Positions 1-8,931 of a DNA stretch of 46,275 nt are shown here, piece by piece; position 1 is the stretch's first letter; each line of letters starts with the position of its first letter. This DNA is from Nanobdellati archaeon (lineage in GTDB: Archaea; EX4484-52; GLR71). The position numbers were made by a program, and so were the translations under genes. Under the pieces are notes generated by a model. It was given only the letters and a program-made list of their open reading frames with translations, was not told the DNA's origin and searched no databases. Where the stretch lies: contig JAHYJO010000013.1 in NCBI GenBank assembly GCA_019429125.1, positions 1-46,275 on the forward strand, in the 5' to 3' direction.

Positions 1-308
1 TTTCATTTATATCAAGATCTACTTTATTTATAATGTAATCATAACAAGTTTTAGAAAAATCTTGAATCCATGCTTCTACATCTTCTTTTGTATTTAAGTT
101 ATATTCTTTGATTATGTCTAGATCTATTATATATCACTATTGACTAGTAATTATTCAGTATTATTTTATATGCCTATCTATGCATATCAATCAAAAACTA
201 TTTAAAGATTGCTATGGTTTTTAATAAGGTGTATACTTACATGAACATAAAGGTTTTGTAAAATATGTTTCTTTACGCCTTTGCTCACGTTCAGATGTTC
301 AAATAGGG

Positions 309-908
309 TTGATATGTATGGCAGATAAGAAAAATACTTCTAAAAAAGATATAGGTAACGAATCTGATAAAGATATTCAATCTGATAAAGATAATGTTCA
401 ATCTGATAAAGATAATGTTCAATCTGATAAAACTAATATCCAATCTGATAATGTTGCAGATGTTGATGAATATAAAGATAAATATATACTGGCGTTCAGT
501 CAGTTGCAGAGACTTCAGGCAGATTTTGATAATTATAGGAAACGTGTCCAAAAGGAAAAACTTGAGATAGGAAACCAAACTAAAGGACAGATGATACTGC
601 CTATTTTAGAGGTGATAGACAATCTTGAGAGAGCAATAAAATCTGCAAATAAATGTGAGGATGCAGCAGCACTTAAAAAAGGTGTGGAACTTACACTTAA
701 ACAGCTCAAAGATACGCTCGCAAAGGAAGGTCTTTCAGAAATTGTCTGTGTCGGTGAAAAATTTAATCCTGAAAAACATGAGGCACTACTTACAACTAAA
801 TCTGATGAGCATGAGGATAATATTATATTTGAAGAGCTTCAAAAAGGATATATATTTAATGAAAAGGTCATAAGACCTACAAAAGTAAAAGTTGTGAAAA
901 ATGATTGA
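309..908 (+). CDS. grpE: Nucleotide exchange factor GrpE with a repetitive N-terminal extension (start may be ATG 318)
   Basis: LQADFDNYRKR, FNPEKHEA and LQKGY..KVIRPTKVKV motifs; directly upstream of dnaK. Confidence 0.97.
   Translation: MICMADKKNTSKKDIGNESDKDIQSDKDNVQSDKDNVQSDKTNIQSDNVADVDEYKDKYILAFSQLQRLQADFDNYRKRVQKEKLEIGNQTKGQMILPILEVIDNLERAIKSANKCEDAAALKKGVELTLKQLKDTLAKEGLSEIVCVGEKFNPEKHEALLTTKSDEHEDNIIFEELQKGYIFNEKVIRPTKVKVVKND
361..456 (+). repeat. Five in-frame tandem units of 18-21 bp (core AATCTGATAA) encoding (Q/E)SDKDNV-like repeats in GrpE
   Basis: AATCTGATAA starts at 361, 379, 400, 421 and 442. Confidence 0.9.
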
Positions 909-962
909 GTATAAAAGAATAATAAATAAATTAAAAATTATATTAAAAAAGGTGAATAACAT

Positions 963-2930
963 ATGGCAAAAACAATCGGAATTGATTTGGGTACTACAAA
1001 TTCTTGTATGGCTGTGATGGAAGGCGGAAAAGCTACAGTTATACCAAATGCAGAAGGTAACAGGACAACACCTTCAGTTGTTGCATTTACAAAAGATAGT
1101 GAGCGTGTCGTCGGGCAGATTGCTAAAAGACAGGCAATAACTAATCCTGAACATACAATATTCTCTATAAAAAGGTTTATGGGCCGTAAACTTGAGGATA
1201 AGGAAGTTGCAAAAGACAAAAAGCTTGTGCCTTATATATTAGGCAAGTCTGCAAATGGTGATGTGACTGTCAGCGGAAAAGATTCAAAACAGATGTCTCC
1301 TCCAGAAATATCAGCTATCATATTACAGAAGCTTAAAGCCGATGCTGAAGCTTATCTTGGCGAGACTGTCGATAAGGCAGTCATAACTGTTCCTGCATAC
1401 TTTAATGATTCACAGAGGCAGGCAACGAAAGATGCAGGTAAAATTGCAGGTCTTGAGGTATTAAGAATTATAAATGAACCTACAGCTGCTTCACTTGCGT
1501 ATGGTATTGATAAAAAAAAGAATGAGAAAGTCGCAATCTATGATCTTGGTGGCGGTACTTTTGACATATCTATCCTTGAACTTGGTGATGGTATATTTGA
1601 AGTAAAATCAACTAATGGTGACACTCATCTTGGTGGTGATGACTTTGATCAGCTTATAATTGATTACTTGATTACTGAATATAAGAAAGATCAGGGTATG
1701 GATCTTACAACAGACAAGAATGCACTTCAGAGACTTAAAGAAGCTGCTGAAAAGGCAAAGATTGAACTTTCAAGCGCTACAACTACTGAAATAAATATCC
1801 CTTACATCACTTCAGACAGTACGGGACCAAAACATCTTGTCATGACGCTTACACGAGCTCAACTTGAAAAGATTACAGGTGATCTTGTAGATAGTACAAT
1901 TGGACCATGCAAGTCTGCACTTAAAGATGCAGGACTTAATACCTCCGACATTGATGAAGTTATACTTGTTGGAGGACAGACCAGAATGCCTTTAGTTGTT
2001 GAGACTGTCAAGAAACTTTTCGGTAAGGAACCTAACAAGAGCGTAAACCCTGATGAAGTTGTTGCTATGGGTGCTGCTATTCAGGCGGGTGTACTTGGTG
2101 GTGAAGTCAAAGATGTACTTCTTTTAGATGTTACGCCATTATCGTTGGGTATTGAAACTTTAGGCAGTGTATTTACAAAACTAATAGAGAAAAATACAAC
2201 TATCCCTACTAAAAAATCACAGGTGTTCTCAACTGCTGCTGACAGTCAGACTGCAGTCACTATAAACGTGCTTCAGGGTGAACGTGTCATGGCTGTTGAC
2301 AATCATCCACTTGGACGATTTGATCTTGTAGGTATTCCACCAGCACCAAGAGGTATACCACAGATTGAGGTAACTTTCGATATTGATGCAAATGGAATAA
2401 TTCATGTGTCTGCAAAAGATATGGGTACTGGTAAAGAACAGAAGATATCAATCAAATCATCATCTGGTCTTTCTGAAGAAGATGTCGAAAAGATGGTAAA
2501 AGATGCTGAATCTCATGCGGATGAAGACAAGAAGATCAAAGAAGCAATAGATACACGAAATGAGGCAGATTCCATAATTAATGCATCTGAGAAAGCATTG
2601 AAAGAAGGTGGTGACAAGGTTGACAAGAATTTAAGGGCTAAGATTGAGACAGCCATTAAAACTCTTAAGGATGTTATTGCAGATACAAATGCTGGAACTG
2701 ATACTATTAAGGAAAAGACTGAAGCTTTGAATGCTGTAGTATATGAGTTCACAACTAAGATGTATGAAGCTACACAGGCTGAAGCTGAGGCAGGTTCTCA
2801 ATCATCGGATGCTGATGACAAGACAAAAGATGATGGAAAAGTTGTCGATGCTGAATTTAAGGTTGAAGATGAGAAAGAAAATATTGACGCTAAAGATACA
2901 AAAGCTGAAAAAGGTAAAGAGAAGAAGTGA
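963..2930 (+). CDS. dnaK: Chaperone DnaK (Hsp70)
   Basis: [25 protein letters not shown] and GIPPAPRG motifs; GGTGA Shine-Dalgarno at 951. Confidence 0.99.
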   Translation: MAKTIGIDLGTTNSCMAVMEGGKATVIPNAEGNRTTPSVVAFTKDSERVVGQIAKRQAITNPEHTIFSIKRFMGRKLEDKEVAKDKKLVPYILGKSANGDVTVSGKDSKQMSPPEISAIILQKLKADAEAYLGETVDKAVITVPAYFNDSQRQATKDAGKIAGLEVLRIINEPTAASLAYGIDKKKNEKVAIYDLGGGTFDISILELGDGIFEVKSTNGDTHLGGDDFDQLIIDYLITEYKKDQGMDLTTDKNALQRLKEAAEKAKIELSSATTTEINIPYITSDSTGPKHLVMTLTRAQLEKITGDLVDSTIGPCKSALKDAGLNTSDIDEVILVGGQTRMPLVVETVKKLFGKEPNKSVNPDEVVAMGAAIQAGVLGGEVKDVLLLDVTPLSLGIETLGSVFTKLIEKNTTIPTKKSQVFSTAADSQTAVTINVLQGERVMAVDNHPLGRFDLVGIPPAPRGIPQIEVTFDIDANGIIHVSAKDMGTGKEQKISIKSSSGLSEEDVEKMVKDAESHADEDKKIKEAIDTRNEADSIINASEKALKEGGDKVDKNLRAKIETAIKTLKDVIADTNAGTDTIKEKTEALNAVVYEFTTKMYEATQAEAEAGSQSSDADDKTKDDGKVVDAEFKVEDEKENIDAKDTKAEKGKEKK

Positions 2931-4063
2931 GCATGTCTAAGAAAGATTATTATGGGACTCTCAATGTCTCAAAAGATGCGTCTCCTGACGAAATCAAGAA
3001 AGCATTCAGAACTCTTGCACGGAAGTATCATCCTGATGTGAATCAGGGTGATCCTAGTTCTGAAGCTAAATTCAAAGAGATAAATGAGGCTTTTGAAATC
3101 CTTGGCAACCCACAGAAGAAGGCACAGTATGATCAGTTCGGCTCGGCAGCATTTGATAGTCATGGCGGTTTTAGTGGGGGTGGTCAGGGTTCATCTTTTG
3201 AAGATATCTTTTCTGGTTTTGGGGACATCTTTGATATTTTTTCTGGAGGTCAGAGGTCTAGGAGCAGGAATGGTCCTCAGGCAGGTGCTGACCTTAAATA
3301 TGATCTTGATATAACTTTAGAAGAATCTTATAATGGGCTTGTGACAAAGATTGAAGTGCCTAGACTTGAGACTTGTAAGACCTGTGATGGCACGGGCGCA
3401 AAACCGGGCACTAGTTCTGAGACTTGCAGTAAATGTAATGGTACTGGTGAGGTAAGGCAGATTAGACGTACATTTATGGGTCAAGTTGTGACTATTGGTG
3501 TCTGTGATGCTTGCGATGGTCGCGGTAAACGAATTGATACGCCTTGTTCTCAATGTTCTGGTAAAGGCATTACACGAAATAAGAGGTCTATTGAAATTCA
3601 GGTCCCTAAAGGAATTGATTCAGGGCATCATCTTCGGGTTGAAGGTGAAGGAGATGCAGGGATTAAAGGTGGGCCTAGTGGTGATCTTTATCTTATAATT
3701 CATATCAAACCTCATACAATTTTTGAACGGCACGGAAATGACCTATTTTGTAAGACTTCTATCAGTTTTTCTCAGGCTGCTTTAGGTGACAAGATTGATA
3801 TCCCTACAATTGGTGGTAAAAATGCAAAGCTTAAGATTCCTGCTGGTACACAGAGCCATACTGTATTTAGATTGAAAGGCGAAGGCATGCCTGATGTTCA
3901 CGGGCGTGGTGTGGGTAATCTTATGATAAAAGTTGTTATACTGACACCTGAAAAATTAACTAGTGCACAGAAAAAGGCAATATTTGACCTTGCTGATGCA
4001 TCTGATGAGAATATACATGGGACTGAAACTGGGTTTTTTGAAAAGATGAAAGAGTTCTGGTAA
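2927..4063 (+). CDS. dnaJ: Chaperone DnaJ (start GTG 2927 or ATG 2933)
   Basis: J domain with HPD, G/F-rich region, four CxxCxGxG repeats. Confidence 0.99.
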   Translation: MSMSKKDYYGTLNVSKDASPDEIKKAFRTLARKYHPDVNQGDPSSEAKFKEINEAFEILGNPQKKAQYDQFGSAAFDSHGGFSGGGQGSSFEDIFSGFGDIFDIFSGGQRSRSRNGPQAGADLKYDLDITLEESYNGLVTKIEVPRLETCKTCDGTGAKPGTSSETCSKCNGTGEVRQIRRTFMGQVVTIGVCDACDGRGKRIDTPCSQCSGKGITRNKRSIEIQVPKGIDSGHHLRVEGEGDAGIKGGPSGDLYLIIHIKPHTIFERHGNDLFCKTSISFSQAALGDKIDIPTIGGKNAKLKIPAGTQSHTVFRLKGEGMPDVHGRGVGNLMIKVVILTPEKLTSAQKKAIFDLADASDENIHGTETGFFEKMKEFW

Positions 4064-4328
4064 AAATTTATTTTTATAAATATTTTTTTCTAACTTGTTG
4101 TTATACCTGTTGTTGATGATAATTATTTGAATGATACTTTTTTTTAGATAAAGAACTTATTTTTGGTGCTGTAAAAATCATAGGTATATATAGTATCTAT
4201 TTGGTTTATGAGTTCTTATTTTTGTGAAAAAACTGTATTCTACTGTATATAAATGTATATAAAGCTATCTCGCTATATATTATATATTATTTGTAAGTGT
4301 TTTCTATAAGATTAAAAAGGTAATTAAT

Positions 4329-4568
4329 ATGGAAATCAAAGTTGATGAGAGAGTCAGAGACATTATAATGCGAGAGGGTAAAGATTTTCGTGTGTGTACA
4401 ACCTGCGGTGGAGCAGTCATACTTCCTGTAGAGGCTAAAATTCCTAAAGATTCAGACCATAAAATATCTATTGGGGATCAGACATTATTTATTTCAATTG
4501 TCCAAGCACAACATATTGAAGAAGTTACCGAAGACATGTTTTATAGATCTATCTGCTCTAATTTCTGA
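4329..4568 (+). CDS. Small conserved hypothetical protein with CTTCGG motif (possibly HesB/Fe-S-carrier-like)
   Basis: 79-aa ORF with CxxCGG, upstream TATA-like box and AAGGT SD; fold is inferred. Confidence 0.6.
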   Translation: MEIKVDERVRDIIMREGKDFRVCTTCGGAVILPVEAKIPKDSDHKISIGDQTLFISIVQAQHIEEVTEDMFYRSICSNF

Positions 4569-4591
4569 TATAATTGTTTTGGACGATAATA

Positions 4592-5443
4592 ATGATTGAC
4601 GTTGTAGCGAAAAAAGAGACTTCTGAAACCCTTAAAGAAGAACGTGATAGCTTAAATTCTCAAGTCAAAGAACTAATTCTTAAAAGTCAAGAAGTATCCC
4701 TTAAATTAAGTGAGTTGCACGATGCTATTTTGCCTCTTAAAGAAAAAGAGAAAAGTCTTAATTCTATTGCGTTGTCATTGCAAAAACACCTTAAAATATT
4801 GAAGAATGATAAGAAACAATTTGCAAAGAAAGCTTCAGATATATCATCTAATCTTAAAAAGATGTATAAAGGTGAATCTTTTGAACCTGAAAAATTGATT
4901 GCAGAGATACAAAGATTAGATTGGATAGTGCAGACTGAAGTTTTATCAGGTAAAAAAGAAGATATTCTGAGTCGGAAAGTTATTGCGCTTGAAAAACAGC
5001 TCAGGCAAAGTGAACAGTATATGGCTGTCAAGTCTGAGATTGATTCGTTGCATGATAAGATGGATGACTTGCGTTATATTTCGGATATGCATGCTGATGT
5101 CATTAGTGATATTCTTGATAAAAAGTTTAAGTTGCAGAGTGAGATGTTTAAGACTATGCGCACGCTAAAAAAAGAACATCTTGCTATAGGTAAAATCAAT
5201 AAGGACATCAATGAGACTAAAAGAAAAGCTAATGTTGCTCATAAAAAACTTATTTTATTGATTAAAGGTAATAGAATTGAAAAGGATAAAAAGGATAAAC
5301 AAAGAAATAAAGAGAGAGACGAAAGACAGAAAATTATGATTGAACAGAAAAAAGAGGCTAAGGTCAAGGAGACTCGCGCAATTGATGAGTCTTATGACAA
5401 TCTTCTTGAACAGCTTAAGAAAAAAGGTAAGATTACTTTATAG
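4592..5443 (+). CDS. Archaeal coiled-coil protein (COG1340-like)
   Basis: K/E-rich heptads; IQRLDWIVQTEVLSGKKE motif and KKGKITL C-terminus typical of this family; ATG 4592 preferred over TTG 4574. Confidence 0.7.
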   Translation: MIDVVAKKETSETLKEERDSLNSQVKELILKSQEVSLKLSELHDAILPLKEKEKSLNSIALSLQKHLKILKNDKKQFAKKASDISSNLKKMYKGESFEPEKLIAEIQRLDWIVQTEVLSGKKEDILSRKVIALEKQLRQSEQYMAVKSEIDSLHDKMDDLRYISDMHADVISDILDKKFKLQSEMFKTMRTLKKEHLAIGKINKDINETKRKANVAHKKLILLIKGNRIEKDKKDKQRNKERDERQKIMIEQKKEAKVKETRAIDESYDNLLEQLKKKGKITL

Positions 5444-5536
5444 GTGGAAAATTCTTTTTTGATTTTTAATAAATAGATATATTTATATATTATTATGTAC
5501 TAAATAGTTATCAGTTAATAACAGATTGTGATTAAT

Positions 5537-5821
5537 ATGACTGTTGCGAAAGGATATAAGGATACTGAAATAGAACACTACCCTACATTGAATACGGTGT
5601 TTATGATTGAAGATACTTTAAAAAATATGGATGAAAGTATCATAACTGTTGCAGGTCTAAAAAAAATTTTACCTAAACAAGTTAATCATAATACATTAAA
5701 GGTAATATTGGTATATCTTGAAGAAAGTAATAAGATTGCTGTTAGCTTGAAGGGTATAACTTGGATACATAATGTTAATCCTAAATTGAATAAAGAGATT
5801 TCTACAGGTCTTGAATTATGA
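5537..5821 (+). CDS. Small winged-HTH-like protein, putative antitoxin or regulator
   Basis: HYPTLNTVFMIE..LKKILPKQV..YLEESNKI..GITWI pattern; its stop overlaps the next start (ATGA). Confidence 0.6.
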   Translation: MTVAKGYKDTEIEHYPTLNTVFMIEDTLKNMDESIITVAGLKKILPKQVNHNTLKVILVYLEESNKIAVSLKGITWIHNVNPKLNKEISTGLEL

Positions 5822-6170
5822 AGGTTATTAAAGTTATTTTATCCCCTCAGGCAGAAGAAGTATATGAACAATTAAATAAAAAAGCATCTAAATCTAAAAC
5901 TGATAAAAGTATATTGAATGCGATTAATAAAAAAATAGAGTTCATAAAAGCTAATCTCCATTATGGAAATCCTATTTCAAAAAATGTATACCTAAAGAAT
6001 ATATTGAAAAGTATGGTATCAAAAATCTATTTAGAATAGAATTACCTAATTTTTGGAGAATGCTTTATACATTAACAGATGGAGAATCCAAAATGAAAAT
6101 AATAGCATTTGTTATTGATGTTATTGATCATGATAAATACAATAAAAAATTTGGTTATTATAATAAATAA
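5818..6170 (+). pseudogene. RelE/ParE-like toxin gene interrupted by a -1 frameshift at A6 (5979-5984)
   Basis: Adding one A gives a continuous 117-aa ORF: ..NPISKKCIPKEYIEKYGIKNLFRIELPNFWRMLYTL..IDVIDHDKYNKKFGY, ending at TAA 6168-6170. Confidence 0.75.
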
Positions 6171-6185
6171 GTTTTCTGAAAGTAT

Positions 6186-6353
6186 GGCACAGTTCATTTT
6201 TGGAGTGATTTCAAACAAAATGTAGTTAATTAAATACCTTCATTTCTTTTTTAATTCGGCGTGAAATGTCTATATTGAATGGATTTCTGCAGGAGTTTAT
6301 AAACAAACAATATTTAAAAAATATTCAAAATCACTCACTTTTTGAACAGTGCC
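6186..6353. mobile_element. 168-bp MITE (family A) with IS6- or IS1595-like ends
   Basis: Terminal inverted repeats GGCAC(A/T)GTTCA-N6-GAGTGATTT; perfect 8-bp direct repeat GAAAGTAT at 6178-6185 and 6354-6361; no ORF. Confidence 0.85.
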
Positions 6354-6395
6354 GAAAGTATAATAATATAAACCGTCGATGATAATATTTATTGT

Positions 6396-8354
6396 ATGGT
6401 GGCTGATAAAAATATTCTGATTCTTGATGCAAGTGATAGTTCTTTTAAGGTTGAAACAGTGCCATCTGGGTCTGTGGGTCCAATTGATGTGTCAACTCAT
6501 TATCATCTTAATGTTCTTAAAAGTTATTTTAAAGGTGTCTATGACCCGGACAATGCGCTGATTTTTGGTTGCGGGCCTTTTGCAGGAGCTAAGATTGGTG
6601 GAGTGTATCGGGCGACATTTTTTGCGCGGTCTCCGGTATGGAAAGGTCTTTTCTCATCTAATATGGGTGGGACAGGGATTGCGCTTTACGGGTCTGGGTT
6701 TGATTTTTTTATGCTTCGCGGTCGGGCTGAAAAGCCGACTATTATTTCTGTAAGCTCAGTTGATGGTGTTGATAAGATTGAGTTTTTATCTATTACTTCT
6801 AAGAAATTGTCTTCTATCTTTTCAGGGTATAAAGGTGTTAAAGGGACTTATGCACTTGAAAGGTTTGCATTTGATATTTTTAAGAATAATTTTAAGATTT
6901 CAACGGGGTTTGTGCCGGTTAGGTCTATGGCTGTTGGTCCTGCTGCGGAGGTAACTGATTTTTCTGGTATCTTGAGTACTTACATTAATAAAAAAGGTGA
7001 ATTTGAGGTAGGGCGTGAGGATTGGGCTGGTCGAGGTGGGTTCGGGTCATTAATGTTTCAAGCATATAATGTTGTTGCAGTTGTTATCGGTGGTAATGCT
7101 GATAAGCGTGTATTCTCTTTAGATTTGAAGGATTTGTCTGTTGTTAATACGATTTTTAATAAAGAGATGGGGGATGGTGTTGGTAAAGCTATGATGGATG
7201 CCACTTCTAAGTATCGGTATGTTGAAAAAGTCAAGAGTGGTGGGACTTTTGGTGTTAATTTTAGTAGCCTGGGCGAGTCTATGTTGTCTTATAACTGGAG
7301 TTCTGTCGGGTTTTCGGAAAGTAAACGGAAGAAAATTTATAATGATCTTGTATCTTCTGGTTATCTTCTCCAGTTTAATGAACGGGTCATAAAGACAAAG
7401 TCATGGAAGACTTGTGGTGAAGTTTGTCCTGCAATGTGTAAGAAGATAGATGGTATTCACAAGATTGATTATGAACCTTATGAGGCTAATGGTCCTAATT
7501 GTGGTATATTTGATCTTAAAGCTGTTGAGAGTCTTGTAAGGTTATGTGATGAGAATGGGTTTGATGCAATTCATATGGGGTCGGTGATTAGTTTTGTGAT
7601 TGAGGCTAAGTCTATTGGGCTTTTGACTGATGCTGAGGTTAAAGGTAAGGTTTCATCTCTTAATGATGTGATGGCCAATCCGACTGATGATACAAATGCT
7701 AAATTTGGCGCCACGGTTATTAAGATGGTTATTGATGGGGTTGGTATTGGTGGCGTTTTACGGCATGGACTTCGTGCCGGTTCAAAGGAGTTGGATGTGG
7801 TTTTTTCGTCTCGGGTTAAGGATGTCAGTTTTAATGATATTGCGGTTTATGTTGCAAATGGAACTGATGGTGAGATTGTGCCTAATCAATATTGGGTTCC
7901 TGGATTTTTTATTCCTTTACCGATTCAAGGTAAATTCTTGACTTATTACGGGTCTGATTTTCTTATGCCAGAACAATTGGGTGTAAAGAGCGCTCTTAGG
8001 TTCATAGAGGAGTTTCAGACTGATAATTTAGGTATCTGTAGATTCCATAGAGGTTGGTCTGAAAAGATGAAGGATGCGCTCTTAAATGCTGCTATTGGTG
8101 AATCCTTTGATGTTAAGTCAGTTATACAATCTATAATTGAATATGATAATAAGGTTGGTGCATTACCTTCAGTTCCTGAATCATTGCGTGTTAAAGATAT
8201 GCTTTATCATTATATTAAGAATATGAGTGTTAAGTTTCCAGAGAATAAGGATATTAGTGGATTGTTGTATGTGTTTGAGAAGGATATAGATTCTGGGGCT
8301 CTGTTGTATTTTAATTCTTCTAAGAAAGGGATTTCTAAAATTTTGGATATTTAA
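6396..8354 (+). CDS. gor: Glyceraldehyde-3-phosphate:ferredoxin oxidoreductase (GAPOR), W/Mo aldehyde oxidoreductase family
   Basis: EDWAGRGG, KYRY..SGGTFG, WKTCGEVCPAMCKK, YEPYEANGP, IPLPIQG and CRFHRGW match the GAPOR subfamily; 652 aa. Confidence 0.88.
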   Translation: MVADKNILILDASDSSFKVETVPSGSVGPIDVSTHYHLNVLKSYFKGVYDPDNALIFGCGPFAGAKIGGVYRATFFARSPVWKGLFSSNMGGTGIALYGSGFDFFMLRGRAEKPTIISVSSVDGVDKIEFLSITSKKLSSIFSGYKGVKGTYALERFAFDIFKNNFKISTGFVPVRSMAVGPAAEVTDFSGILSTYINKKGEFEVGREDWAGRGGFGSLMFQAYNVVAVVIGGNADKRVFSLDLKDLSVVNTIFNKEMGDGVGKAMMDATSKYRYVEKVKSGGTFGVNFSSLGESMLSYNWSSVGFSESKRKKIYNDLVSSGYLLQFNERVIKTKSWKTCGEVCPAMCKKIDGIHKIDYEPYEANGPNCGIFDLKAVESLVRLCDENGFDAIHMGSVISFVIEAKSIGLLTDAEVKGKVSSLNDVMANPTDDTNAKFGATVIKMVIDGVGIGGVLRHGLRAGSKELDVVFSSRVKDVSFNDIAVYVANGTDGEIVPNQYWVPGFFIPLPIQGKFLTYYGSDFLMPEQLGVKSALRFIEEFQTDNLGICRFHRGWSEKMKDALLNAAIGESFDVKSVIQSIIEYDNKVGALPSVPESLRVKDMLYHYIKNMSVKFPENKDISGLLYVFEKDIDSGALLYFNSSKKGISKILDI

Positions 8355-8415
8355 TGTTTTTACAACCGAAATCAATATATACTCATTTGTGTATATTAAC
8401 TATACATTCGGGGGG

Positions 8416-8568
8416 ATGGGATTTATGAAATTAAAAGATATATTTAATACAAAAAATAGGTATCTATTAGGTTTAGTGTGTCTTAATTTTTTTAGTGTGG
8501 GTGTTTTGTTTTTGGACCGTAAATTTATTAGTGGAATACATTTGATTAAGAAAACTTTAGGTTTTTGA
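8416..8568 (+). CDS. Possible 50-aa single-TM small protein (MGFMKLKDIFNTKNRYLLGLVCLNFFSVGVLFLDRK..)
   Basis: BRE/TATA-like CCGAAATCAATATAT near 8366; G-rich SD; hydrophobic core; below the ORF-track length cutoff. Confidence 0.35.
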   Translation: MGFMKLKDIFNTKNRYLLGLVCLNFFSVGVLFLDRKFISGIHLIKKTLGF

Positions 8569-8931
8569 TTGGGTTCATAACCCTTTTTGTTTAATTTTAT
8601 ATATCTAAAGTGATATATCTTGTAGCACGTATTTTGCATGATTTTTCTAAACTATTTGTATATAATAAGTCTTATTTATTTTTTATCGTTCGGTTTAAAG
8701 ATATAATATACATGTGCACCTGATGACATCTTAAATTTTATTTAATAAAAATACTTAAATCCATATATGCTGTTTTATTGGAGAGTTTATTAATTTGCAT
8801 ATATTCTTTTCTCGTTATTTCTCCATATGATTTGATTAAACTAATTGCTTTTTTTGTAGATTATTTAGTTTGATTCTAATTTTAGGAATTTTAGTGTAAT
8901 CACTCAGTTCTAAAAATATAAGTTTGAGTAA

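Noticed and set aside
1-135. Minus-strand open frame running off the left edge (IDLDIIKEYNLNTKEDVEAWIQDF..)
   Set aside because: Looks protein-like, but no standard start codon lies between the upstream in-frame TGA and this stretch; it cannot be called without more sequence.
291-578. Antisense ORF with IIFIRLN repeats
   Set aside because: It is the mirror of the grpE minisatellite.
8400-8639. 79-aa minus-strand ORF
   Set aside because: No motif or SD; the plus-strand small ORF has better promoter and SD context, and both are weak.
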